This document shows, piece by piece, positions 11,716-25,869 of a stretch of DNA of 64,000 nucleotides. Location: positions 90,954,001 through 91,018,000 of the forward strand of contig NC_043005.1 of the NCBI RefSeq assembly GCF_006345805.1. The letters run 5' to 3'. Position 1 is the first letter of the stretch, and the number at the start of each line of letters is the position of its first letter. The notes beneath the pieces were generated by a model that was not told the origin of the DNA, searched no databases, and worked only from the letters and a program-made list of their open reading frames with translations. Source of the stretch: Octopus sinensis (Eukaryota). The position numbers and the translations under genes were made by a program.

Positions 11716-12132
11716 ATTTGTGCAAGATACATCATGAAGCATGTTTACTGTTGCAGATACAGCATTGTATAACATGTAGCATCTCACGGAAGCATGAAGG
11801 AGCTTCTATTGTCACAGAATTAGCAGCAGAATCTCCTTCAAATTATATTGTACTGTCTTAAAAGAGGACAGGTCTTTAAGTCCTAGGTATTACACTAAGA
11901 CAGAAAAAAATATAACAGGAGAGTCATGGTTGGCATGTTTGTTTTATCAAGGTGAACCTTAGTTACATACAAATAAGGTTTGTCTACTATACAATATCAT
12001 TACTATCTGTGTGTATACATGCAACATCATGTTGCTACATGTTGCAACATGTAGTAGCATGTAATATGATCATTTCTAACTTGTGAAACTTTTGTTACAA
12101 TAGTATACTGTTATGCTCTATCATGTAGTTCC

Positions 12133-12186
<54 letters not shown>

Positions 12187-12267
12187 TGTTTGTCTGTGTG
12201 TGTGCATGTGTGTGTGGCATTGTCTATCACCTCTATACGTTTCACTTGCTGGACTTTTTTGTTTTAG

Positions 12268-12390
12268 GTCAAATGTGAGGTTTACTGGCCAAAGAAATCT
12301 GAACCAGTTTACTTTGGTGATCTTGTGGTGCAGCTGAAATCAGAATCCAATCTTTCTGATTATGTCATCAGAATTATGGATGTGAATATG
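12268..12390 (+). CDS. Receptor PTP exon (KCxxYWP)
   Basis: gttttag|GTC...ATG|gtaagc; 123 bp; VKCEVYWPKKSEPVYFGDLVVQLKSESNLSDYVIRIMDVNM. Confidence 0.95.
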
Positions 12391-14289
12391 GTAAGCAATG
12401 TTGCAATGTTTCTTTTGTTTTATTTAGAGGCTTAGAATCAAAGAATATGGTTTTGAATGTCAAGGTGGTGGAATTAAGCAAAAATCCAAGAACTGAAATC
12501 TTAACTTCAACTAAATAAGAATTCAGTAAACCCTATTCCTAATGTGGATGCAAGTAAATGGATAATGAGATCAATACACAGTATAACAATTTTAATACCA
12601 ATTAAGTAAAACATGTGAGGTGTTTGCATGCGTCATGGGGTGTGTAAAAAAACCACATGGTATATGTACAGCCCTGTTAAGTAAGAATCTTTTGAATGAG
12701 GACAGACACAGAAATTGTCTGTATGAATGAATACTATTGTTGAGAAAACTATTGCTTGAAGAAACGTTGGTACCAGTGTTAATTACAACCTTGGTTAGGT
12801 TCTGACTCCAAGTGAAGATGCATGCTAATAATATATTATTTTACATAATATTTCAATTAAAAAAAAAAAATTTTTTAATAAAATTGAGCCAGAGACTGGA
12901 ACATTGATAAAGCCAGATCCAATCTACAAGTCATATATTTGACACCCTTAATTTAGGCTATAGTTGGTTTGCTATTGTTCCTTGTTGTAGTTGTAAAGGT
13001 AGCAGCAGCCGTCCAAGATTTGGGACCTGGAGATCTCCATTTCCAGTGACTTCGGTGGCCACCTCCCAGTGGTGTCAGGTATCAATGAAGAGCCCTCAAC
13101 TACAACAAGACGATCAAAGTTTTTTTTTCGAGGTCTGGGGTCTCCCGCCCCTAAGCCCTAAACCATCACCTAATCACCCTTACCCGTCTTATTGCTTAAC
13201 AACAACAACAACAGCAGCAACAGCAGTAAGCTCTTATGTTAAAAAAAAAAGCAGCATCTAGCAAACCCAGATCTAGCAAACCCAGGGTTAAAACAATCCA
13301 GTATGTTGCTGAGTTGATCAGAAGTAAATCAGCAGCTGCTCTTGAATTGACTGTATGCACCAACTTATTTGGTGTTAATCTGGTGATCTGTGAGGTGTCA
13401 AAAAAATCGTGAAGGTTAAGGTTTCCTGTCTACAGCACATAGAGAGACTTTTGACAAGGATAATAATGGGGAAATGAGTTGAGATCCACTATAAGTGAAG
13501 AGAAAGATAAGTGGTTCAAATAGTGGTTTCAAATTTTGGCACAAGGCCAGCAAGATCGGGGAAGTAGGTAAGTCAATTACCCCAGTGCTCAACTAGTGCT
13601 TATTTTAGTAACCTTGAAAGGATGAAAGATAAATTTTACCTTTGCTAAGTTTGAACTCAGAATGTAAAGATGGACAACATTCTCCATGGCATTTTGTCTG
13701 GTGCGCTAACAACTCTGTCAGTTCATCATCTTATTAGTGGTTCAAATATCAACAAGTTTTACTAGTAACCACTCTCCTAATAAATATTTTTTCAAATAGG
13801 TATACTGTACCTATTTTTAAAATATTACTGAATGGTGCACTTAACCCATCGTCCATTTCAACAATATTGCATGGCCTTTGTGTGCCTTTAGCTGGCCCCA
13901 CACTGTTGCACACATTCTGGCCAGATCTTCAATCTGATAATAACTTTCTCTCTCCTTCCCATCAGTCATGGAAGCCCTGTAAAGGGTAATGACTGCTGCT
14001 CTTCTTTCTTTGACTAATTCATTAAAAAAAATCATACAAACTTTATAGCTGTTAAGTATTTACAGAATCGACATAGATAGTGTAAATTCAATTGGATCAA
14101 CGCAGCCAATTAATGTAGAATGAATTGAAACTACCTGTTTATAGACAATCAAATGGCCTGCATACTCTCTGAAGATTTTGGTATGATAGGTATTGTTTGT
14201 CAATGTTATATAGATTGATACAATTTAATGAATACACTGAAATCTTAATCAAAAGTATCTTAACCTAAGAGTGTCATTGTCTTCATCAT

Positions 14290-14680
14290 CATCATTTAAC
14301 ATTCATTTATCCATAGGTTGATTGGAGCTTCCCCAGTACAGTATCTAACCTTCGTGAGATCAGCTTCACCATTCTCATATCTTCCCTGGACTTACTCTTC
14401 TGCAGACTCCTTTCACTTGAATAGCTTGACACTTCTATACTCAACTGTCACACTCCATATACATTATATGTCTATACTCGTCTTATGTCTTGCATTATAT
14501 TCTTTCTTGCATCCTAACATACACATCTAGTGGAACATGTTCACCTCATTACATTTCGATTTTCTCACATCCTCCAAATTTAATTGTTTTGATAGCATGT
14601 AACATCACACTTTGTACACAAGCATCATACAAGATTCTCATCATTTAGAAAGATTTCTTTTGTCATCAGCAGATGTAATA
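14290..14680 (-). mobile_element. Old RTE C-terminal remnant
   Basis: Minus strand ctgctgatgacaaaag...gtatgatgcttgtgtac aligns with the LLVTKGLS...LYDA segment of the 15895 copy. Confidence 0.55.
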
Positions 14681-15607
14681 ACACCACAAATATTTTGTAA
14701 CTCACGTAGGCTATGCTTTTAGAGCCTAATTAGGCCTCATGGGTAATGAAAGCTGTCAACTACTTCTTGGGAACCCTCTGAGTATTTGAAAGAATTTAGT
14801 TGATAGTTGCTGTTATGGCTAACTATTCCTGCACATCTACATTTCAAGTTCTTTACTGTTGTTCTTCCTGTGATCTCACAGTATCTTCTATGGTTTGATA
14901 ATTTACAACAGGTACATCAAAATAATTCCTACCTGCCCCTTTTCTGTTCATCAAGTATGGCCACTTGCCAAATTGCAGTAGAATTCTGTCTTCTATCCTG
15001 CAAATTAAAACTTTTGTCTTTGTTAGATTTGCCTTGAGACTTCTCAGTTCTAGGTTTTGCTTCCTATTTACAATTTCTTTTCCTATGTCTTTTGAGATAA
15101 ATTCAGTAAACAGACGCTATGCATAAACTTGTACATATTCTGTGCCCCTGTGTATAAGCATAAATCAATATGAATACCTTGTGACATTTCTTGTAAATAC
15201 CTTGTGACATCTCTAAAAAGAATGTAACTTAGATGGACTTAGTTATTTGCTAAATAGAGAACATGTTTAGTAGTTGGAAAAATTGTAATCTTATTTGCTG
15301 ATTATTTTCTACAAAGCACAAGAACTATTTAGATTAAGAGACGTAGATATAGAATAACTTTCTCAAATTTAAAATATTAATGTATTTTATTATTTTATTG
15401 ATATCAAAATAGATGAATGAAATGTAAACTCAGTTCCTACAAAAATTTGAACTCAACTCACCTAACACATGATTAAACTCCTATAGAATCAAGTTTATTC
15501 TTCTATTCAGTATTGCAAAATCGTTCAGTTATTTTGAAATTTATTTCATTTTCCTTTGTATGTCTTTTTCTTTTTTTAAATTCATTATATCATTTGCTTA
15601 TTCTTAG

Positions 15608-15759
15608 GGTGAAACTACAAAAGAAGTGAAACAGTTCCACTTCTTGAAGTGGCCAGATTTCGGTTGTCCTCAGAATACATCATTGCTGATCAACTTTGTG
15701 CAAACAATTCGCACACATATGCCTTATACGGATACTGGACCAACCCTGGTACACTGCAG
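15608..15759 (+). CDS. Receptor PTP exon (WPD loop, VHC)
   Basis: ttcttag|GGT...TGC AG|gtaagc; 152 bp; GETTKEVKQFHFLKWPDFGCPQNTSLLINFVQTIRTHMPYTDTGPTLVHC(S). Confidence 0.96.
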
Positions 15760-15894
15760 GTAAGCAGAAATCTTGTCTTTTGACTAGGTACTGCTCCAAT
15801 TTTCCAAAGGATGAACCTGAACACAATTGATAGATTTGAGAACATTGTATCTATATGCATGTATGTATATATATATATATTATATATATATATA

Positions 15895-17224
15895 TAAAAC
15901 CAAGTAGGAAGGTAGACAATCCACAAAGGTCTTCAGGAAGATGGCCCTGCTCGATCTGTAGAAAAGGTGTAGGTAGAAACTCTATAAGATGTACCCAGTG
16001 TAAGCTATGGACACATAAGAGGTGCAGCAATGTCAAAGGTAGGCTAACTGGGAAGATAGTTTTTGTATGTGGCAGATGCTCGGGAGCATTAACCTCCGAA
16101 AATCTGCAGAAAACAACTTCCAGGGGGAAAAACTAGAAGTAGTTGATAGCTTCCGTTATCTAGGTGACCAAATCAGTAGTGGGGGTCGGTGCGCTGAAAG
16201 TGTAACTGCTAGAATAAGAATAGCCTGGGCAAAGTTTAGGGAGCTCTTACCTCTGCTGGTGACTAAAGGCCTCTCGCTCAGAGTAAAAGGCAGACTGTAT
16301 GATGCATGAGTACGAACAGCCATGCTACATGGCAGTGAAACATGGGCCGTGACTGCTGAGGACATGCGTAAGCTCGTGAGGAATGAAGCCAGTATGCTCC
16401 GATGGATGTGTAATGTCAGTGTACATACTCGACAGAGCGTTAGTACCTTGAGAGAAATGTTGTACCTAAGAAGCATCAGTTGTGGTGTGCAAGAAAGACG
16501 ATTGCGCTGGTATGGTCATGTGGCGAGAATGGATGAAGATAGGTGTGTGAGAAAGTGCCAATCCCTAGCAGTTGAGGGAACCCGTGGAAGAGGTAGACCC
16601 AGGAAAACCTGGGACGAGGTGGTGAAGCACGACCTTCGAACTTTAGGCCTCACTGAGGAAATGACCAGTGACCGAGACCTTTAGAAATATGCTGTATGTG
16701 AGAAGACCAGGAAGGTCAAGTGAGCCCAGCCCACTTATGCATGCCTTTCCTCCCTTGGACACAAAGACCTGTTGAGGCAAGTGAAGTCGATATAGAACCT
16801 CAACCGACGACAGGCACCCATGCCAACCCCCTTTGTTTGCGAAGACATGTTGGGGCAAGCGAAATCGAAATCGAATTGAACCAGCCAGGACCCCTGTCAC
16901 TGGTGGTATGTAAAAAGCACTATCCGACTCGTGGCCGATGCCGGCCGCCTTGACTGGCTTCCGTGCTGGTGGCATGTAAAATGCACCAATCCGACCGTGG
17001 CCGTTGCCAGCCTCGCCTGGCACCTGTGCAGGTGGCACGTAAAAAGCACCCAATACACTCACGGAGTGGTTGGCGTTAGGAAGGGCATCCAGCTGTAGAA
17101 ACATTGCCAGATAAGACTGGAGCCTGGTGCAGCCTTCTGGCTTCCCAGATCCCCGGTCGAACCGTCCAACCCATGCTAGCATGGAGAACGGACGTTAACC
17201 GATGATGATGATGATGATGATGAT
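15895..17224 (+). mobile_element. RTE-clade LINE, short 5'-truncated copy with complete 3' end
   Basis: MLHGSETW...RLRWYGHVARM...GRGRPRKTW; 3' UTR modules; (GAT)n tail; flanked by (TA)n. Confidence 0.95.
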
Positions 17225-17245
17225 ATATATATATATATATATATA

Positions 17246-17415
17246 GGCGTAGGAGTGGTTGTGTGGTAAGTAGCTGCTTACCAACCAGATGGCTCCAGGT
17301 TCAGTCCCACTGCATGGCACCTTGGGCAAATGTCTTCTGGTATAGCCTCGGGCTGACCAAAGCCTTGTGAATGGATTTGGTAGACGGAAACTGAAAGAAG
17401 CCCGTTGTATATATG

Positions 17416-17491
<76 letters not shown>

Positions 17492-17690
17492 TGTGTCTGT
17501 TTTTGTCCCCCCAACATCGCTTGACAACCGATGCTGGTGTGTTTATGTCTCTGTAACTTAGCAGTTCAGCAAAAAGAGACTGATAGAATAAGTACTAGGC
17601 TTACAAAGAATAAGCCCTGGGGTTGATTTGCTCGACAAAAGGTGGTGTTCCAGCATGGCCACGGTCAAATGACTGAAACAAGTAAAAGAG
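17246..17690 (+). mobile_element. SINE family A, full length
   Basis: ggcgtaggagtgg head, internal (TG)n, ...gactgaaacaagtaaaagag tail. Confidence 0.9.
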
Positions 17691-18274
17691 TATATATATA
17701 CATATATATATATGCATGTATGTATACTTATCTTAACCATGCCAAATAGGTATAACTTAAAGTTGAACCAAACAGGATTTGAACTCATAAGAGGCTATGA
17801 AGCTAAATGTTGTATAGCTTTTAGTTAATATCTTTACCATTTGCACTAACTCCAGCCTTTATTATTATTGTTAATCAGGATATTAATAATAATAATCAAG
17901 AGGAAGAGGAAGAGGATGGAAATGGTAGTAGTGGTGGTGGTGGTGGTGGTGTGAGGATTCATTTTCATTTTCTTTCCTTTTTACATCTGTTTTTCCTTGC
18001 TAGTATAGGTTAGATGAATTAGTTATTGAAGCATTTGGATACAACCTTTCCTAACAGTAATTCTTACCTGTTTTTCAAGAAAGTGATCCCTTATTCTACA
18101 TGACTTCAAAGGTGCTAAGTGAGATGTGATCTATTGGCAAAAGCAACACTGCTTAAATCTTCCTACACGTGTGAGCACACACACACACATATTTACATAT
18201 ACATATACATACACGTATGTATGTATGGATCTATTTGCATGTATGTAGGTATATATATATATATATATATATAT

Positions 18275-18582
18275 ATCACCATGATCACCATGACTGACCT
18301 GGCTATCAGATGTTGCTACACATCGCTGGTCACAATGCGCTTCACATTGTTTTAGCCTTCAAATTATGCCACCCCGCTGGCTAAGCGAGCAGGCCAACAG
18401 AAGAGTGAGAGAAAGTTGTGGCGAAAGAGTACAGCAGGGATCGCTACCACCCTCTGCCAGAGCCTTGTGGAGCTTTTAGGTGTTTTTTCTCAATAAACAC
18501 TCACAACGCCCAGTCTGGGAATCGAAACCGCGGTCCTACGACTGCAAGTCCGTTGCCCTAACCACTGGGCCATAGCACCTCC
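18275..18582 (-). mobile_element. tRNA-derived SINE family C with RTE-like tail
   Basis: Head GGAGGTGCTATGGCCCAGTGGTTAGG...GTTTCGATTCCC; tail ggtcagtcatggtgatcatggtgat. Confidence 0.85.
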
Positions 18583-18779
18583 ACATATATATATATGCAT
18601 GTATGTCTGTGTGTGTGCATACTGTAAATGCAGTGAACAATAAAAGAAAAGAGAAAAACAACATAGAAGTGACAAGGTTTAACAAGCACAGTATGAACTT
18701 AACATTTAAAAGAGGGGGAAAGAGTTTCAACATTTCAGATGTTAATTCTTCATAATTATTATCAAATATTATATATAAA

Positions 18780-19190
18780 GGCGCAGGAGTGGCTGTGTGG
18801 TAAGTAGCTTGCTAACCAACCTCATGGTTCTGGGTTCAGTCCCACTGCGTGGCATCTTGGGCAAGTGTCTTCTGCTATAGCCCCGGGCCGACCAATGCCT
18901 TGTGAGTGGATTTGGTTGACGGAAACTGAAAGAAGCCTGTCGTATATATATATACATATATATGTGTGTGTATGTATGTTTGTGTGTCTGTGTTTGTTCC
19001 CCTAGCATTGCTTGGCAACCGATGCTGGTGTGTTTACGTCCCCATCACTTAGTGGTTCGGCAAAAAGAGATCGATAGAATAAGTACTGGGCTTACAAAGA
19101 ATAAGTCCCGGGGTCGATTTGCTCGACTAAAGGTGGTGCTCCAGCATGGCCGCAGTCAAATGACTGAAACAAGTAAAAGAGTAAAAAGAG
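18780..19190 (+). mobile_element. SINE family A, full length
   Basis: ggcgcaggagtggctgtgtggtaag head to gagtaaaaagag tail. Confidence 0.9.
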
Positions 19191-19896
19191 TAATATATGC
19201 AGTAGTTCCCCAGTATTTGTTGGGGTTACGTTCCTAGAGCACCTGCGAATAATGAAAAACTGCAAATATTGGACATGGTCCATAAAAATGCATATAATGT
19301 CAAAATATAATGTAAAATATTATATATATCCACCCTCAAAATGACCGGCATTGTACTTATAGTAGAAAAATTATTATTATCACAAGTTGGGTTAAGAAGT
19401 ATACTTCACAAGTATATGGTGTTTGGGTCAATCCAAACAATGTGGCACCTTGGGCTAGTATGTCTCAGGTGAACCAAAGACTTGTGAGTAAAATTTCATA
19501 GATAGAAATTTGGGAGAACCACACCTGCTCTTAAGTGATAGGTGTAATCCATTGCTTGGTCTTTGGTACCTTTAATAGCATCCACTTTTTGTATGTATTC
19601 AGGCCAGGTTTCCAGTCCAAGAACAGTTTCTTCCCATCAGTCTCAGAAATGTTGTAAAACATTGTAGGTCTTAACTTCCTTCCTTTTATGAAGTCACGTA
19701 ATAATTTTTTTAAACCATAAGAATTTTTGCCCCTCCATCAATTTCAAACTGATTCATTAAATGTGAGTTTATTCTCTTTACTAAAGGCATAGAGCAGCAT
19801 CAGTGAGACTCTTCAAGACATAATGTCATGTTCAATGTAGTAACAATTTCTTCCTTCTTTTTCCCACTTTTATCTTTTTATAACTATCTTTTCTAG

Positions 19897-20032
19897 TGCT
19901 GGAGTCGGACGTACAGGAACATTCATTGTCATTGACAGACTGCTTCAACATATACAATGCCATCATGAAGTAGATATCTTTGGCTTAATATTAGAACTGA
20001 GAAAGCACAGGCCAAATATGGTACAGACTGAG
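19897..20032 (+). CDS. Receptor PTP exon (P-loop [12 protein letters not shown])
   Basis: tttctag|T GCT...GAG|gtaagt; 136 bp; [45 protein letters not shown]; completes [10 protein letters not shown]. Confidence 0.96.
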
Positions 20033-21311
20033 GTAAGTTGGTTCCTGATTAAAATCATTAAAAATAAATGGAGCTTCTTGTTCATCAGTATGTACCAAAC
20101 CCTGAGTTCCACTTGATAGAGCATTAGATTTCTTTTTGCATACTACAAAGAGTTCTTTGGATTTATCTTTACTAAACATAACAAAGTATTATTTCTGTAT
20201 GGGGAACAGAGTAATTCCATTTAACAGCTCATAGGATGAGCAAAAAGCTACAGATACAGATTGTGTAGCTGCAAATTGATCAATGTCTGATTAATTGGTT
20301 GGACTGATTGCATTTAGTTCTTCTTTCTTTGTATACATTACAAATGTCTAGCTTGAACAGTTGCTTATAATTACTGATGTTAAAAGGTGATGAAGGCAGA
20401 GAGCTGGCAGAATCATTAGCACACTAGGCAACATGCTTAGTGGCATTTCATCTAACTTTCTGTTCTGAGTTCAAATTCCACCAAAGTCAACTTTGCCTTT
20501 CATCTTTCTAGGTCAATAGAATAAGTACCAGCTGAGCACTGGGATCAGTGTAATCAATTTACCCAACTCCCCCAAAACTGATGACCTTGTACCGAAATTT
20601 GAAACCAATATTAAATAGGTGATGAAAAATGAAAACTTTTCTTTTACATTGATAGACTTCAATTAACAAATGGAAATGTCATTAATGTTTTGGACATAAG
20701 ACCTTCATTAGAAATAGAGAATGAGAGGAAAAGAGAGAGTACAAAAAGAACCAGATGTAAAGGGAAAAGAAATGAAAATAAAACACTTGTTGAATCACTT
20801 TGGAACCATTAAGAAAAATAGGTGGATGAATAGAGGAAAGGATGGATGGATTCATATATGTATGTAGATATGTATGCGTGTGTGTATGTGTGTGTGTGTG
20901 TGTGTGTGTAGGCACAAGGTCATCTTATTCAAAAGTTTATTCTGCACTCGTGGGATTCTAGGTTTGATTGCAGAGCACTATGCAATCTTGGGAAAGTGCG
21001 TTTTGCCATAACGCCAGATGGGCCATGTCTTGTGAGAAAATTCAGCAGACAGAACTCTGTAGTCGTGATTAGGATACATGGTACATGTAATTGAAAGAGC
21101 CCAACCTTCTAACATGGTATCACAGGGATTCTACAGGGAGACTACCTTACAAGTTAATGGGATACTATTCAGTAAAATTGACTAGTGACATGTTCATGCA
21201 TGTATTCACATATATATATGGGTGTGTGTGTGTGTATGCAAAAGTGTATATGCTTATGTAATTATTTCCAAACCTACTGATTACTGATTATTATTTAACA
21301 ACCTTTGTCAG

Positions 21312-21381
21312 GACCAGTATGTATTTATCTACCAATGTATAGCAGATCATTTGAAACAAATGGAGAAAATTGAAAATGAAG
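21312..21381 (+). CDS. Receptor PTP exon (Q-loop QY)
   Basis: tttgtcag|GAC CAG TAT; DQYVFIYQCIADHLKQMEKIENE then G|gtgaga; donor chosen by consensus. Confidence 0.88.
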
Positions 21382-22384
21382 GTGAGAATCTTTTCATTTT
21401 TTCAGATGTGTGTGTGCGTGTGTGTGTGTGCACGTGCACATGCATGCATCTGTATATGTGTGTTAGAACCTTATTGATGCTAATTAAAAAGCATTTCTCT
21501 AGAATCCATAGATATAATCTCTTCAATCCTCTCAATGTCAAGGTGAGCTACTCCTGTTTAGATAACATCACTTCAAACATTGCACACAACAACAATGCAA
21601 ACACTCAACTACACATCTTCCAACCCAGAGTTCAGCCTGTAACTTCAGAAATCCTACCAGCTGGAGGGTTTCTGCCTTTCAAAAGCAGTAATCTACTGAT
21701 CCACCCTCACACCATCTGATGCATTACAAAACTACACAGGCTGACAACCAATAACTTTAAAGAAAGACATACACAGTACATGCATTCCTTTATATGCAGG
21801 AAGATGGAAAACTCTGTCTCCCTGTCCTGCTTTATCTAGAAACACTGTTACCATTGAAATGGGTTCCTCAGTATCAAATGGAATATTCTTGACATAGCCC
21901 CTTCTTATTCACTTGAAGCTTGCAGTTACCAACTCTGTCTCCATGAGAGACCACACATATTTCAATATGCATCAATAGGAAGAATGAATCATCTTATTGT
22001 TTCCACCAAAGATACACTCTGTTAATAAACTTTAAGCCTCTCATCACTAACAACCCAGATATACCAGATATATGTGGCTGACTCACACACAAAGGCAAGG
22101 TAATCCTAGCCATCCATTTTAGTCATGCAACTTACTTGTAATCCAACACCATTAACTTTAATTATTCCAATGTAAAGACTATTGTCAATAATGTGTTCAC
22201 AATTCACTGAACATTGACTGAGCTACTGACACATGCTAATGTCTTACCCATCTTGTGCAATCCCCAATACAAGGAAATGTGTGTGTGTGTGTGTAGGCAT
22301 AAGGTCATCTAATCCAAAAGTTTATTCTGCACTCATGAGACCCTAGGTTTGATTGCAGAGCACTATGCCACCTTGGGCAAGTGC

Positions 22385-22428
<44 letters not shown>

Positions 22429-22607
22429 ATATATATATAGACATATATATATAAATATATATATAGACATATATATATATATACACATATGTATATATAT
22501 ATTTGCTTGGCAGACAGTCAGACCATCATTTAAAGATGTTTTTATTAAATATTTTTATTGTTTTTGTTAGATAAAATTTGTTGAAAAAATCCGCAATAAT
22601 TATGAAC

Positions 22608-22648
<41 letters not shown>

Positions 22649-22837
22649 TGTATATATACATATATACCTGCAGTTTCAGTCTAGCAAATTTATTCATATG
22701 CCATTGATTGGCCTGGAGCAATAGAAGACACTTACCCACTTAGTGGGCCTGAACCTAAAACAACATGGTTGCAAAGTAAATTCTAAAATCATATGACTAG
22801 GGTCAGTGTTTATTTATTTTATATAAGTAATCATCAT

Positions 22838-23690
22838 CATCATCATCGTTTAACGTCCTCTTCCCATGCTGGCATGGGTTGGATGGTTTGACTGAGGACT
22901 GGCGAACCAGATGGCTGCACCAGGCTCCAATCTTGATGTCAGAGTTTCTACAGCTGGATGCCCTTCCTAACACCAACCACTCTGAGAGTGTAGTGGGTGC
23001 TTTTACGTGCCACCGGCACGAGGGCCAATCAGATAGTACTGGCAATGACCATGCTCAAACGGTGTTTTTTACGTGCCACCTGCACAGGAGCCAGACCAGC
23101 AGCACTGGCAGCAACCTCGCTCGAATGGTGCTCCACTGGCACGGATGCCAGTCATGCGGTGCTGTCATCAAATTTGATTTCGATTTCACTTGCCTCAACA
23201 GGTCTTTACAAGCAGAGTTTAGAGTCCAATGAAAGAAAGGTACGCATAAGTGGGCTGGTTACACCACTGGCATAGGACATGGGATAAGGTCTCACTTAGC
23301 TTGCCAGGTCTTCTCATGCACAGCATATTTCCAAAGATCTCAGTCACTAGTCATTGACTCAGTGAGGCCTAATGTTCGAAGCTTGTGCTTCACCACCTCA
23401 TCCCAGGTCTTCCTGGGTCTACCTCTTCCACAGGTTCCCTTAACCGCTAGGGTGTGACACTTTTTCACACAGCTATCTTCATCCATTCTCACCACATCCA
23501 TTCTCTCTTGCACACCACATCTGATGCTTCTTAGGTCCAACTTTACTCTCAAGGCACTTACACTCTGTTGAGTATGAACACTAACATTACACATCCAGTG
23601 GAACATACTGGCTTCATATCTTGCAAGCTTACGCATGTCCTCAGCAGTTATGGCCCATGTTTTATGTTTCATGTTTCAAGTAATAATATT
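22838..23690 (-). mobile_element. RTE 3' portion, inverted
   Basis: ORF 23340-23672 TWAITAEDMRKL...GRGRPRKTWDEVVKH; UTR; (CAT)n on +. Confidence 0.92.
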
Positions 23691-24017
23691 TTAAATACTT
23701 CACCCTAGGTGGTCCTTTGTTTTGATGGGATTGCATACTATTTTTAGCAAGCTCATACTACTTTGGTGCTATTTAGGAAAGAGGTGGAGAGTTCTGCTCA
23801 TTATAAGTATAATGTTTTCCGCAAAAATATGACATAACAGTTTTAGCTGCATCTTGGATATTAGGGGCTTTTCTAACTTCCTTGTTCATCTTGTAATTAG
23901 TAACTATATCTTGTTCTTCAACTACAAAATAACATAATCTTTGATATGTGACATAATGTATTAGTAACATGACAAAGGGAGGGTTGTACAACATCATCTG
24001 CCTCACTTTCTTATCCC

Positions 24018-24052
<35 letters not shown>

Positions 24053-24722
24053 GAACAAGACCAAGAGAAACTATTCTCTCTATTGATGTCAATATCAAAC
24101 TTAAGTTTACTATTAAAATATTCAAGGACAAGAATTTGTTGAATAACTATCTATGCAGAAGTCACATATGATATTTTTAATAAACATGCATTTTGTGTCA
24201 CTGAGAAAATAGAATATACATATTGTTATACAAAGCTTCACCAGAATGCAGATATAACCCTTAGATGTGGAAAGCATTTTTAATACCAATCTGTGTTTTA
24301 TTGAGGAATGAATGTTGGCAACTATTTTCTGTTGAGATATGTCAAGCTTATACAGGCTCTGTGACTTGCAGAAAATACCAATTCTATTTTTGTTAAATAG
24401 TTAATATCATTACTAAAATGACCATGAAATATAATTTCACAGTGAAGGGGTTAAAGCTGATTTCTGTACCAGTTCTGAAGTTACATTGAATATTATCCGA
24501 TCTTAAGTGTTGAATGCTTTTTTCAAAAGTTCCATCCTATCTTCCACCACAATCTTCCTTTTTATTTATTTTATTTTTTTTGCTTTTGACTGCATCATCA
24601 GTGTACTTGTACTTGATTTTACAATAACTGACAACAAGGATGGTTGTGTCAGAACTTATGATGCTTCTTTGCTTCTATCATTGGTGCACATATTATATAA
24701 CATGAATGTTTGTTTATTGCAG

Positions 24723-24751
24723 GTATTTATATGAACGAAACAGGAATGTGA
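24723..24751 (+). CDS. Probable terminal coding exon of the receptor PTP
   Basis: tgtttgtttattgcag|GT ATT TAT ATG AAC GAA ACA GGA ATG TGA; phase 1 fits; (G)IYMNETGM* carries the YxN tail motif known from R3 RPTPs; intervening exons cannot be excluded. Confidence 0.6.
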
Positions 24752-24908
24752 GAAAATTAAATTCAAAGATTCACATTTTACTACTGCTGAAAAGAAATAA
24801 TTAACATCACTGTGCCAGATTTTTCATTTGTATACCAACTTTGAAATTCGTTTTGCTGCACAAAGTCTGCATGTGCATAAAGTATGTGTGTGTGTGCATG
24901 TATGAGAG

Positions 24909-24946
<38 letters not shown>

Positions 24947-25207
24947 CACATGTATGTGTGTATGTGCATGTGTATATGTGTGTAATTAAATAAACTCTTA
25001 CATATGTAATATAGTGAATTAAAAAATAACATCTTTGATTAATGGATTTTCTCAGCAATAAGTTAAGATGTTGAAAACTTTCTCTTGTGCTTAATATCAA
25101 ATAAATCTACAAACAAATGTATATAAATACATTTTATACATATACACTTATGACTAATGAAAATGTATATAAATATATATATGTATGTGTGTGTGTGCAT
25201 ATATATA

Positions 25208-25256
<49 letters not shown>

Positions 25257-25674
25257 CTAAAAATGATAGATAGGATGGTCATAGGTGGAACCGCTCTTAA
25301 TCATGACTATATGTCCATTCGTTTAGGCTACACAATAAGTATAACACTAACACAAATATATACGCACAGAAACACTTTATAAATGGAACTTGTATAAAAC
25401 ATGCACAATGATGGACTTTTATAGCTGATATTTTTTATTGAAGGGTTACGTACCCAATAACAGGTGAATGATAAAAAGAACACATACATGATACAATGAT
25501 AAGTATATATATGTATGTGTGTGTGTGTGCGTGTATTTATGTATATGTATATTTCTATATATATGTGTGTGTATGTATAGTTATACATACATATATAATA
25601 TGTTTGTGGGTGTGTATGTCTATGTGTGCTGGTATTTATGTATGTATATGTATTTCTTTATACTTGTGTGTACA

Positions 25675-25713
<39 letters not shown>

Positions 25714-25869
25714 ATATGCATGTATGTATGTGTGTGTATATATATATATATATATATTTGTGTGTGTGTGTGCGTGTTCAATGAAAAAAGTAATGATAAT
25801 AATAATAATAATAAGAAGAAGAAGAAGAAGAAGAAGAATGATAATAATTATGATAATTTGAATTGTTGT

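Noticed and set aside
13000-13460. GC-richer patch with LELTVC, reminiscent of a restriction-like endonuclease LINE
   Set aside because: Single short motif with no continuous frame.
13841-14035. ORF faintly resembling a Tc1 N-terminus (RRAAVITLYRA)
   Set aside because: No DDE motifs or TIRs visible.
18500-18582. tRNA-like sequence
   Set aside because: No acceptor-stem pairing and it continues into a SINE body; it is a SINE head.
21382-21719. ORF read-through past the Q-loop exon
   Set aside because: Runs through a TG repeat after a good gtgaga donor; treated as intron.
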